A stretch of 64,000 nucleotides of DNA from the human T2T-CHM13v2.0 reference genome, Homo sapiens. Position numbers and translations under genes: made by a program. The stretch lies in NCBI RefSeq assembly GCF_009914755.1, contig NC_060942.1; one strand, 5' to 3'. This document shows positions 26,119 to 39,110 of the stretch, piece after piece; the first letter of the stretch is position 1; each line of letters begins with the position of its first letter. The notes under the pieces are model-generated. The model worked only from the letters and a program-made list of their open reading frames with translations, searched no databases and was not told where the DNA came from.

Positions 26119-26848
26119 AACTCTGGTTTTCAAATAGTTTTGCACAAACTTCTTTTTTTCATCTTTTTATAGATATAAGATGTATGTATTTTTTTAAAAA
26201 TCTGGATCATGTAGTTCATGTACTGTAACTGTAAGCTAAGAGTTGATGACAAGACTAGGGCTCTGTAAAATGTGCATTCCATTTGGAGAGCAAACAAGGA
26301 AAAATCAGTTTGAGTTTTATTTCAATATATCAATTCATTTTTCCCATAGCTTTAGATAATTTGGAAAAAGGATTTTTCACACTCCCATATCTCATTCTTC
26401 GTTTTATCTTTAAGTGTTTTGCTTTCCAAATTTTATTAATTCCACGCCTGATTTCATTGTAGCAGACTTTTTATTGTCCAAAGGAGAAGTAGAAAATGGA
26501 ATAAATTGTTAAAAGAATTGATTCTTGTGATAATACCCTCTACCTTCACTGAAGATTTGGTACTAGTAATCAGGAATGTGTGAACATTGGTTTTAGACTC
26601 TGTATTTTAACTTCAGCCACAAATCCATCATGTACAGAAAGAGAATTTCAAGTAGTAAGAATGATTATGTATTGAATGTCTACATTGTGCCTGGGGTATC
26701 TGGGTGTGCATATTGTAGCATATATTCTAACAATAAACTGTAGGTAAAATCACTCCAGTTTTATGGTTTAAACTGAGTCTGGGAAAAGTAAACTTCTCCA
26801 AGATCTCACACCTGTTCAAAAGTTAAATCAAGTCACTTTTCACTATAG

Positions 26849-27173
<325 letters not shown>

Positions 27174-28829
27174 TCCTTTTCCCTTTCTAAGGGAACAAAA
27201 AGTCTTGCAGAAAATTTCTCTTAAAGAGCTATTGACTATTTTAAGATCAGTAATAATGTCTAAAAGCAGCATTAAATAGGGTAATGATCAGTTTGTCTGC
27301 CTTAGTGTACAACAGAAAATAAAATGTTTTTGTATTCAAGCTAACTTATGCTATGATTCACACAACATATTCTTGTCTGCTCCATTGTTCTGCATTGTGA
27401 GAGAAAGAAAACAGTGAGTTGTGTTCAAGCCACAGGAGTCCCAAGTTGGTCAGACCAAAAATTATGCTATTTTCCATTTATGTTTTTCTTACTAGTAGGA
27501 AAATCCATCGTTATAAAATGTTGCATGCATTTTTATATTTTATTTCAATTCTTGATGACTTTTATAAAACACTTGATTCACATTACATATGCCTGAGAAT
27601 TCTTTAGACTTGTTAATAGTACGTGTTATCTGAAAGCATAAAATACATTTGAATGCGGGTTTGTTTTCTAGATTTCATACAACAGAACTCAGTGGGACAC
27701 TTGGGAGTCTGAGGAAAGATTTTTAGGTTGCCAAAGAGTGTTCAAAATTTAAAAGTAATTTTGGCTTTCATAAACATAATGAACAAAAGGAACTCAACAT
27801 TTGAATTTAGCCTTCTTCCAAAATATGCCGTCATTTTTTGCATTTTCCATTTTAACATTTAAACAGCAAAATAATTATCTTGGTTCTGTTTTTCTGTGTC
27901 TCAACTCTTTGCAAATGGAAATATATTCAAAGAAGATGAAGGAAGTGGTTAGGCTTTTTCTGCAAGTTCAATTATCTTTGTGTTATTGCTCATTATTTTG
28001 AAGCAGGCCCAGACAATCTTGTTGGTTATCTATTTAGATTGAACATTTTTATAAACGCGAGAAAGATAACTGTGAATGAAGATGTTGTTAAGCAAATGTT
28101 CTTAGTCATGTGTGTGGGTGTGTAGGAGTAAACATAGGAAAATTGATTACTCGGTCATGAGACTTGCTAAAGGCTTTCCACATCATCTGCTGAGACTCAT
28201 GTCTCATTTCCATTAAGAGAAGGAATATTTGATAATGAAATTCTCCTTATCTAAACATAATTGTTTTGATGAGTATTAACTTCATAAGACAAGGAAATAT
28301 CTGGATAATTTAATTTGGGTGGTAGGATAACTAAAGCATGAATCAACTAGAATTTTGTGATATATTCCTTGTAGTAAAGATACATGTAGAAGAAAAGCTA
28401 AAATTTTCATTATATATGTTATATATACACATTTCATTACTATTTTGTATTTTAAGTCCATTCAAAATCTCCGTATTGAGCTACATTATTTTACAACAAC
28501 GTATTGAGACTCATTGAGTTTGTGCAAAGTATTTTCTTTTGGAGGAAAATGTCTCCTTTCCAGTGTAGCTGACTGAGCTACAACTTGCTGAGAACTGTGA
28601 ATTTCAGGCCCTGTGCTGTCCCTGTGGTCTGTCTGTACTTCAATGGGAGAACACGTTACTATGTTGTGATAGTATTCTGTTTATCGTGTCTATTCTCCTG
28701 CTTAATCTGGAAGCTAATTGACAGCTAGAAATTTGGAAAGACATAGTATTTGTAAAGACAGTACTTAGCAATTGGCTGCTTTCTGATTAGTTAAATGTTC
28801 AACGTTGATGGCTTTATGTAAAGTTAATA

Positions 28830-31020
28830 AATTTAAACATATGCAGCTCAACGAACTTTGAAAAAGAATACACCCACGTAGCCAATACCCAGATCAAGTA
28901 ATAGAATATTGTTGGCATTCTAGAAGCCTTCTTCATGCCTTGCTCCTGTCATTACCACTCCAACTAAGGGTAAACACTATTCTGAGTTTTCGTGAGTAGC
29001 TTTTCCTCTTTTTGAACTTGTTATAATTGGGATTATGCAGTATGTATTATTTTGTGCCAGCTTCTTTTACTTCGAATTTTGTTTGTGAGATTCCTCCAAC
29101 TGTAGCAATAGTTCATCTGTTTTTATTGTTACACAGTAACTATGGTAAAATTTTTGCATCCATTTTTAGTTTATAGACAAAGATACATTCAATTTTGAGC
29201 AATTAGGAATAATGTTGCTATGACAATTCTTAAGGGATGTTGGTTTCCATTGCAGTTTTAATTTGCACTTCCTTAGTAACATATAATGTAAGAACTATCC
29301 ATGTGATTATTGCCAGTGTGCATATTGTCTTTCATGAAGTACATCTTCAAGTTTTTAGCATGTTATTGAAAAACCATGTGGTTAAGTTTTTCTTGTCAGT
29401 TTGTGACTTTATGAATCCTCAGTGGATATATGCACCCTTAATGCATTCTTCACGCTATTATTTGCCTTTTCATTCTGTTGACAATGTCTTTCTTCTCATG
29501 AACAGAAATTCATAGGTTTAATAAAATACTTTTTATAAATATTTTTACTTTACGGTTAATGCTTGATATCCTGTTTAGAAAAATCTTAACTGCAATATCA
29601 TGAATGATTTTTCTTAGATGACTTCTAGGAGGTTTATAGTTTTGTTTTACACTTTTAGTGAGCATTCTATTGGGAACTGACTGTTTTAAAAGCTGTGATG
29701 TAGCTGTTAGTTCCATATGGACATGATTGACCTAGTTCCTTTTGTTGAAAAAGGGAAAAATAATTTCACATACTGAACTGTCATAAATTAGGTCCCCAGA
29801 GATGTAGATCCATGTTCGGACTCTTAATTCTCTTTCATTTGTCTATTTGTCTCTCTTTGAGCTAATGAGTCATTGTCTTAATTACTGTAGCTTTATATCA
29901 TATTCATATCCAATAATATAATTCTGTAAATTTGTTCTTTTTTTAAAAAAAGTTTGGCTTTCTTTGACTTTTTCTATTTTCAAATGGGTGTTAGTATCAA
30001 CTTATCAATTTTAACAAAATAAAATTTGTGAGATTTTGACTGGAATTATTGAATACATAGGTTGATTTATGCATAAATGTCATCCTCACAATTTTGAGCT
30101 TTCTAGTCCACAAACAGACATAATATATTCCTTCACTTATTTAGATATTCTTTAGTTTCTCTTATGAGTGTATTGTAGTTTATAGGATGTAAGCTTACCT
30201 ATCTTCTGGTACATCCCTAGCTACCTAATGCATATAATGCTATAATAGAATTGTATTAATTATTACAATTTGATATTTGATGTCTATATATTGGTTTCTA
30301 AAATGTAGAAATACACATAATTGTGTATATTGACTTTAGATCAGTAACTTTACTAAAAATCACTTACTAGTTTTAATAGTTTGTGAATTATTTTGAATTT
30401 CTACTTACACAATCATATGTACAAAATGAGAGTTTTATTTATTTTCACTTCTATTTAATTTCCTTTCCTCATCACACTAATGGGTAGACCTCTCCTTTTG
30501 TATAATACCGAACAGTAGTGGCATTAGGAGGCACATCCTTTTCATACTATTTTCGGGGGTAAAGCTATCAATAATTCAAAATTAAAGGGGATCGCTTTAG
30601 GTTTTCTGCAGAAAACTGTTATCATTTCACTACTTTCCCTTCTATTTTTAGCTGGTTAGTTTTTCAAATTGTAAACTGGTGTTGAATTTTACCAAATGCA
30701 TTTTATTCATGTATTGGGGTGTTTCCACTTTATTTTGTTAACATGGTTTATTAAGTCAATCACAATGATTGATAATCAAATGCTAAACCAAAATTATGTT
30801 TCTGGAGCATATTCAACTTCGTGATATATTAATTGTTTTAAACACCAAATTTCTCTTGCTAACATTTCTATTAGGGCGTTTATGTCAGCTTGAAAGATTT
30901 GCCATTAAGTCCTGGTAAGGTCTTGTTATCAGGGTTTTATTGACCTCATAAAATGAGTTGGCATGTGTTAACTCTTTTTTTCTTATCTGGAAAAGTTTGT
31001 GAAAATTGATATCATCTCTT
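28830..31020 (-). mobile_element. Old L1 (L1ME-type) 3' portion, highly degenerate
   Basis: Antisense L1M motifs: acccagatcaagtaatagaatatt, ttgcagttttaatttgcacttcc, cattgtcttaattactgtagctttata, ctcataaaatgagttgg. Confidence 0.75.
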
Positions 31021-31092
31021 CCTGTTAAGAAAATTTCTTCTTTTTGAATTCTTCATAAATAATCTTTGCTAGATTATTTTCTTTTAAATATC

Positions 31093-31380
31093 TTTCATTC
31101 ATTCATTTATTCTTTCGTTCATACAATAAATATTTACTTAATGTCCACTCTAACAGACATTGTGCTAGCCCTGCAGATGGAATGGTGAGCAGAAACAAGC
31201 ATGGATCTTATCCACATTGAGCTCACAGCATAGCTGTTGTGGAAGATAGAGTAATCAAATAATTTAAAAGCATGGACCAAACTGTATTAAAAATTTATGA
31301 AGTATGGGTACCAGTGCTCAGAGATTACAGCAGGGACACCTAACCTATGACATGATTATGAAGTCTTCCTTAGGAAGCTA
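31093..31380 (-). mobile_element. L2 3' end
   Basis: ttcattcattcattt...aatatttactta...cattgtgctagccctgcagat. Confidence 0.65.
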
Positions 31381-32524
31381 AGAGTCAGAAATAGACTGCC
31401 TCATTTCTTTTTTCTTGTTTGAACTTATATCTAATTCATGTGGTTAGAATGTTCTAAATGAGGATAAGTGGCTTCCCAGTGTGGTTCATTTTCTATATTA
31501 TGTAGAGGATGTCCCAAAGTATTGGAGTTTGGTGATCCAAAAGCAAATTCATGTCCTTCACACTACACAAAAATTTGGCACAAATACTACATACTTAAGT
31601 CAGAAAAGAAAAAACACTAAAAATAAATTAGCCTCACTGGGCCCTTAATAGCAATGCCTAAAAATAAATACTTGCTGCTTGTCTTCAATTTAGTGCAGTC
31701 ATTTATTCTCATCATTTTCTACTTTCTGGCAAAATACATAATGTGTATTTTCCAGGATGCTATATTTTATAAAATTTTAAAAATTAATTTTATAAATATA
31801 ATATCTTTATTAATATTTTAAAATAACTTGTTTGGATGTACTATACAATCTCTTTCCTAATTCTTTAATTAGACTCACATACAATATTTAAATGCCACAG
31901 AGAGAAAACAAATTTTGAGTAATCAAAATTCTTCCCTTTAATGAAAAATACAGAGTTTTGTCCTATCTGGAAAGTTAGCTCATGCACTGCAAAACCATGC
32001 CAAATACAGGCAGCAGAATAATAAACCCAGTATGTTGCAAAGTTCTTTCTTTTCCTTCTTTTCTTCTCCTTCTTCCTTCCAATTGAAATATATAAATATA
32101 TGTGTGTATATATATATGTATGTATATACACATATATGTATTTTTTCTATGGAGAAAATCAGTAGATGTTAATTAGTAACTGAAACAAGTGTCTATCAAT
32201 TTTAAACATCTAATAACCATTTTGAGTAAACTATATATACACCATTTAATATAATTGTAGAGAAAAATAAAATAAAATATTCCAAAATAATTTCAAAACT
32301 CCCTTAGGAAAGAGCCAAGAGTTTCAATGTCAAAAGAGTTTCAAGATTTGTATTCTTCTATTTGGGATATGATGAGTATAAAGGATTTACTAAATGTGCT
32401 AGGTCAAATATCACTTTGTTCTAGAAGCTTGTAAAATTATAAATTGGAATACTTTCTAAAAATTATGAAAACTACTGTAGTTTTCTGAGAATTGAGTTTT
32501 TTCATTGTTTAAAGCTGAAATATT

Positions 32525-32854
<330 letters not shown>

Positions 32855-33259
32855 TTAACATGTCAATTTGGTGTTTTAATTTGAAATTGGGCATTTAAAA
32901 ACTGTGATTATTTAATACTATTATTATTTTTGTTTTTTACAACGCCTATTTTTAGATACGTAAGGTACCTGTGCAGGTTTGTTACATGGGTATGTTGCAC
33001 CCAGGTAGGAGAGTATAGTACCTAATAGGTAGTTTTTCAACTCCCCTCCTCCCAGTAGTCCACAATGTCTATTATTTCCATTTTTATGTCCATGCATACT
33101 CAATGTTTAGCTCCCACTTTAAAGTGAGAACATGCGGTATTTGGTTTTCTGTTCTTGCATTCATTAGCTTAGGATTATGGCCTCCGGCTCCATCCATGTT
33201 GTTGCAAAGGACAATATTTCATTCTTTCTATGGCTGTGTAGTATTTCATGATATATATG

Positions 33260-33842
33260 TGAGGCAGGAGAATAGGGTCTGGAGAGAGGGAGCCTAAGGC
33301 CAACCTGAGGCTGACTTCTTGGAATTGAACCAAAAAGAAAACCTCACCTCTCTATGCCTAAGTGGCAAGAAACCAGAGTCACCTGCCTCTACAAACCCCT
33401 CCCGCCCCCACACTCCCCTGTAGCACAAATGGGAAGTACCTCTGATTGGTCTGGGGCCAAGCCTTCATTTCAGCCTTTGATTGGTTGCAGGACCAGGCTC
33501 CATTTCAGCCTCTGATTGGTTGTGGGCCAAGCCTCCACTTCAGCCTCTGATGAGTCATGGGCCAATGCTTCATTCGCATAGGTTGTAACCAATTGGAGGC
33601 CTCTAAAGGGTACATATAGGTGTTACCAAATTCTTTTAGCTTAGTAAAAACTTCAAAGAGCATTGCAATCGGGGCTCTTGAGCCGCTTGCTCGAGTCTGC
33701 TCCCTGTCTGTAGAGTGTATGTTTGCTTCAGTAAATCTGTGCTTTCATTGCTTTGTTCTTTTGTTGTTTTGTTTGTGCGTCTTAGAATTCCGAATTCCAA
33801 GAACCTGGACAACTTGCCGTCAAGACTTTCCATCAGGTAACT
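33260..33842 (+). mobile_element. MER51-family ERV1 solo LTR nested in the L1
   Basis: TGAGGCAGGAGAATAGGGTCTGGAG...CCAAGAACCTGGACA...GGTAAC with a 4-bp TSD, TATG (33256-33259 and 33843-33846). The L1 sequence resumes seamlessly after it. Confidence 0.9.
33786..33836 (+). other. CCDC102B: Candidate 51-nt LTR-derived 5'UTR cassette exon of CCDC102B
   Basis: U-rich tract plus TTAG| acceptor at 33785/33786 and CAG|GTAACT donor at 33836/33837. There is no ATG inside. Confidence 0.55.
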
Positions 33843-35840
33843 TATGTACCACATTTCTTTATCCAATCCACCACTGATGGATACCTAGGTTGATTCCATG
33901 TCTTTGCTATTGTGAAAAGCAGTGATGAGCCTATGAGTGCACGTGTCTTTTTGGCTTCATGATCTATTTTCCTTTGGGTATATACCCAGTAATGGGATTG
34001 ATTGCTGTGTTGAATGGTAGCCCTGTTTTAAGTTCTTTAACAAATCTCCGAATTGCTTTCCATGGTGGCTGAACTAATTTACACCCCCAGCAATAGTGTA
34101 TAAGCATTCATTTAACTCTGCAGCCTCACCAGCATCTGTCGTTTTTGGACTTTTTAATAATGGCCATTCTAACTTGTGTGAGATGGTATCTCATTGTGGT
34201 TTCGATTTGTATTTCCCTGATGGTTAGTGATAATGAGCATCTTTTCACATGTTTGTTGACTTATTGTGTGTCTTCTTTGTGAAATGTATGTTCATGTCCT
34301 TCGCCCACTTTTTAATGGGGTCATTTGTTTTCTGCTTGTTGATTTAAGTTCCTTAAGCATTCTAGATATCAGACCTTTGCTGGATGCGTAGTTTGTGAAT
34401 AATTTTTTCCCATTTTGCCGGCTGTCTATTTACTCTGTTGATAGGTTCTTTTGCTGTGCAAAAGCTCTTTAATTTAATTAGGCCCCACTTGTCATTTTTA
34501 GGGTTTTTCTTTTGCAATTGCTTTGGGAGACTCAGCCGAAAATTATTTGCCAAGGCTGATGTCAAGAAGGGTATTTCCTAGGTTTTCTTTTCGGAATTTT
34601 ATAGTTTGAGGTCTTACATTTAAACCTTTAATCCATCTTGAGTTAGTGTTTATGTATAGTAAAAAGCAAGGGTCCAGTTTCATTCTCTGCATATGGCTAG
34701 CCAGTTATCCCAGTAACATGTCTTGCATGAGGAGGCCTTTTCCCATTGCTTGTTTTTGTTGGCTTTTTCACAGATCGGATGGTTGTAGGTGTGTGGTTGT
34801 ATTTCTGAGTTTTCTATTCCGAGCCTTTTGGCAAAGTCTTTAGGGTTTTCTAAGTATAGAATCATATTGTTAGCGAAGAGAGATAGTTTGACTTCTTTTT
34901 CAATTTGGATGACTTTTATTTCTTTCTCTTGCCTGATTGCTCTGGCCAGGATTTCGAGTACTATGTTGAATAGGAGTGGTGAGAGTGGGCATCCTCGTCT
35001 TGTTCCAGTTCTCAAGGGGAATGGTTTCAGCTAAAAACTGTGATTTTCAATTACATTCCTAAAATACATTTCATTGGATAAAATATAGACAGAAAAATAA
35101 AAATATTGAAATGTGCACAAGTTGTTATTTGAATAGTACAGAATAGCCAGACTGACATGATATTATAAGTCTTCGGAAATGTTTTCTGTTAAGCCAAAGT
35201 CTCTGTGAAATTATAATTTTAAAAAAATGTGTAATAATAACAATGATTAAAATAGATCTTTGCTGATCTGAAAAATTTCTTTGTCTATCTTTCATATACA
35301 CACTGTCATCACACAGTCACACATGCACTCCATAAATAAAAACTGGAAAGGCATAGAGAGATAAATATATATGTACCTCTATGTTTCTGGTAAGAAGGAA
35401 ATAGGTTAATATATGTGAAATACTCAGGAAAATTCTCTGTCTCTTTTTCTTTCTCTTTTATCTTTCTCTCTTTCTTGCTGTCCACAAGTTTCATTGTTAG
35501 ATGCCAAATAGTTCAGTTTATCTGTTATTTGATTTACGGAAGTTACTCTTATATAAAGGTAAATATTACAAAATATATTGAGAGACATTAAAATGATTTA
35601 TTCTCATAGTAAATGAAACTGATGAAACTGACATGCTTAAAAATTTTAATGCCACTTTATGTGTTCAGAGTAAGCACTACTGAACTTAAGGTGCTATTTG
35701 AATAGAAAGCTTTTCTCATGCTATTGTATTTGGCATTCAAAAAATGGGAAAGAAAAAGCTAAATAATACGTTGGCAGTTCCATTTTTCCAAAGTAAAACA
35801 ATATTTGGATTTTAAGTTTAAAAATTTTTTCAGTAAATTA

Positions 35841-36139
35841 GGCCAGGCGGGGTCTGTAATCCCCGCACTTTGGGAGGCCGAGGTGGGCAGATCACTTGAA
35901 GCCAGGAGTTGGAGACCAGCATGGCCAACATAGCAAAACTTCATCTCTACTAAAAATATAAAAATTAGTCAGGCATGGTGGTGCGTGCCTGTAGCCCCAG
36001 CTACTCATGAGGCTGAGGCAGGAGAATCACTTGAACCAGGGAGACAGAAGTTGCAGTGAGCCGAGATCACTCCACTCTACTCCAGCCTAAGTAACAGAGT
36101 GAGACTCAAAAAATAATAATGATAATAAATAAATAAATA
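35841..36139 (+). mobile_element. AluS (Sx/Sz-like)
   Basis: Dimer with a small 5' deletion and an (AAT)n/(AAAT)n tail. Confidence 0.93.
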
Positions 36140-36529
36140 AACATTCAATAAGTTATTAAAACTTCAAGAGGTAAAAATGAACATGTTCATCTTTGCATAC
36201 CCCTCAGTGGAAAATCATGCAATGAATTAAATGCAGTAATTCTGCTTGTAGCAGAATCCAAGTATTTTGTACTTACAGGTAGTCATGTGCTCTTGAAAAG
36301 CACTTTAGGAAAATGAATCTGTACAGTGTTCTCATTTTCTAATTTTAAGTTGTTAAAGGCACCATTTAATGTCAATTTATATTTCCCGTTACTGTCATCT
36401 CTTCAGAGGGTTAATATATACTAATGAAAACCTAGAATATTTCTCTCGTTTGTTTTTATTTTCCAAATATCAAGCGACTAAAATGCATTTTTCTGACAAT
36501 TCACATTCTTTTAATAGACTGCAGACACA

Positions 36530-37064
36530 GTGAGGTAATAAATTTAGTGTTCTAAGAAACTAAATTTTGGTGTAATTTGTTATGCAGCAATATAGTTTCT
36601 GTGGAATACATGTGTGGCTTAATTGAATCCTCTGGCCCTGAGTCTCTCTCATAGGCTGCAGGGAAGGCGTCAGCCAGATCTGCAGTGGATTGAAGACACA
36701 ACTTGGGGTAGATCTGCTGCCAAGATTTCACAAATGGTTGTGGGCAGGATTTAGTTTCTGGGAGCTGGTGGCCAGAAGCCTTCCTCATTTCCTTGCCACG
36801 TGGGCCTCTCCAAACAACTGCTTATGACATGGCTCTTGGGTTCATCAGTGACCAAGAGAGAAGGCAATAAAAAGAATGCTAGCAGCATAGAAATCTCATT
36901 CTTTCATAACCTGATTTCAGAAGTCGCATCTTACCACTTTTATAACATATTATACGTTAGAAGCAGGTCACAGGGTCAGCCCCCACTGAGAGGAAGGGAA
37001 TTAGACAAGGCTGTGAATACCAAAAGAGGGGATAAGTGAGGGACATTTTAGAAGTGTGTCTATA
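36530..37064 (-). mobile_element. MLT1 (F/G-like) LTR with an inverted terminal segment
   Basis: agtttctgtgg...cttgccacgtgggcctctcc...gtgaataccaaaagagggg is antisense MLT1. The first ~64 bp read in the opposite orientation. Confidence 0.75.
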
Positions 37065-37389
37065 TTTTTATTTTTAAAAAACGATATACAAACACACTGG
37101 GAAAATCAATTTGAATTTTTTTCTTTTCCATTTTACCCAATTATTCTGAGGTTAAGGAAACATATCAAGAATAAAACAAAATATAATTACAAGGTTTGAA
37201 GTCATGACCGTAATCTCTCTTTTTATTGGCATTTATTAGCACCTGATTGATCACATTCATTGTTACATAGCTATAATCTATATTTGAAATTTATGGATAA
37301 GAGTTAAAATGAAAGATTTATATGCCATAGTATTTACATTACTATGTAACCAATGTTGAACTTCTAATACAAAATGTCAACACTAGGAA

Positions 37390-39110
37390 TATCAATTCAA
37401 ATGATAGTGAATTTCTCACCTGAAGCCACAAAGGCTACAAGGAGATGGTACATTTTTAAGTGTTGAAAAAAAAATCAAGTGATAATTATAGAACTGGTAA
37501 AACTATCCTTTGGGGAATGAATGGAAAGTAAAGACACCAGATCAAGGAAAGCTATAAGATGCTATTAAAAGCGAGAACTACCCTTAAAAATTGGCTAAAG
37601 GAAATTCTATAAACAGAAACAAAATGATAAAAGAATCCTGTAGCATCAAAAAACAAGAAAGAACAATCAAATAGAAATATGAATCTATAAGATAGAATAT
37701 CTTTCTCATTTGTTTTATAAATCATATTTAATGATTGAAATGAAAATTATAAAATCATTTTATACTCAAGAAAGTGATATTTAATGATAGAGAAGGTAAA
37801 ATGACCTAAAGAGAAGTAAGTTTTCCATACTTCACTTGAAGTGATGAAATGTTGATTTCCAGTAGATAAGGCTGTTACATTTGTGTATTTTAATAAGTAT
37901 GAAAACTGTACAAAGTGATAAACTAAAAAATACTGTACATATATCAGCCAGGTGGAATCCAAACAAAAATTCAAATAACAAGCAAGAAAGCAAAAGAAGA
38001 AATGCAGGGACGAGAAAGAGAGGACACAAAGAAAACAAATTATAAAATGGCAGATATAAGTTCTAACACATCAATAATTACTGTAAATGTAAATGGCCTA
38101 AATAGACGAGGTAGAAGTCAGAGATTGGCAGGGTGAATAAAACAAAAACAAGCAAACAAACAAAAAGCATGAGCAAGTTATATGCTATTAGTAAGGAACT
38201 TAACAAGAAACTCACTTCCTCAGATCATCAATTAAGATTGCCATCTATCACAAATAAAATAATGGAAAATAAAAGGATGGAAAAAAGTAACTTGGAAATA
38301 GTAGTTTTTAAAAAATACCTAAGAGTAGCTATGTTAATATCAGAGATGTCACTTCAGAACAAAACAAAATGAAATAAAATATAGAAACCCAACACAGACA
38401 CGGAGGGAAATTTCATAATGATAAAAGGATCAATACATCAGGAAGACATAATGATCCTATATGAGTATTAGTAAAACAACACAGCTTCCAAACACATGAA
38501 GCAAAAACAGGTAGGGCTGAAAAGAGAAACAGACAAGTCAGGAATTATAGTTGAGGATTTCAGAAATCTCTCTCAACAACTAATAAAATGACTACACAGA
38601 ATATCAGCAGAGGTATAGAGAATCTGAACAATACAATCAACAAATAGGATCTAATTGTCATTTATAGAACATTCCACCATACAATTGCAGAATATACATA
38701 TTTTCAAGTGTCATGTAACATTCACCAAGGTACATACCCTATTTACAAAAAAAAAAAAAAAAAAAAACCTTCAACTAATGTAAAAGAATTGAAATTAGGC
38801 AGAGTATGTTCTCTTTCTGTAATGAAATCAAACTAAAAATCAACAGCAGAAATACAACAGAAATATCTCTAAAGAAGCAAAAATTAGACAACACATGTCT
38901 AAATAATTCATGGTTCAATGAGGAATTCGCTAAGAAAATAAAAAAATACAAAACTGAATAAAATGAAAATGCTAATGTCAAATATTTGAAAGACAGCTAA
39001 AGTAGTGCAGAGAAGAAAGATCATGCCCTAAATTCTTACATTAGAAGTAAGGTACTCAAGCCAATAATCTAAGTTCCTACCACAGGAAACTTAGAAAAAA
39101 ACTTAGAAAA
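37390..39110 (+). mobile_element. Old L1M fragment (ORF1 end, inter-ORF region, degenerate ORF2 endonuclease domain)
   Basis: ATG at 38047 reads MADISSNTSIITVNVNGLN, the ORF2p start. Later EN motifs follow (ataatgataaaaggatcaatacatcaggaagacata; gatctaattgtcatttatagaacattcca) with many stops. Confidence 0.85.

Larger units (their letters stand above)
32910..35031 (-). mobile_element. 5'-truncated L1PA13-16-like element with an internal deletion and a nested LTR
   Basis: ORF2p remnants in the track (34680..35015, 34362..34565). Perfect 14-bp TSD TAAAAACTGTGATT at 32896-32909 and 35032-35045. Confidence 0.92.

Noticed and set aside
33440-33574. Regularly spaced 35-bp units resembling a CRISPR array
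   Set aside because: They are head-to-tail repeats without unique spacers, inside a eukaryotic LTR, with no cas genes.
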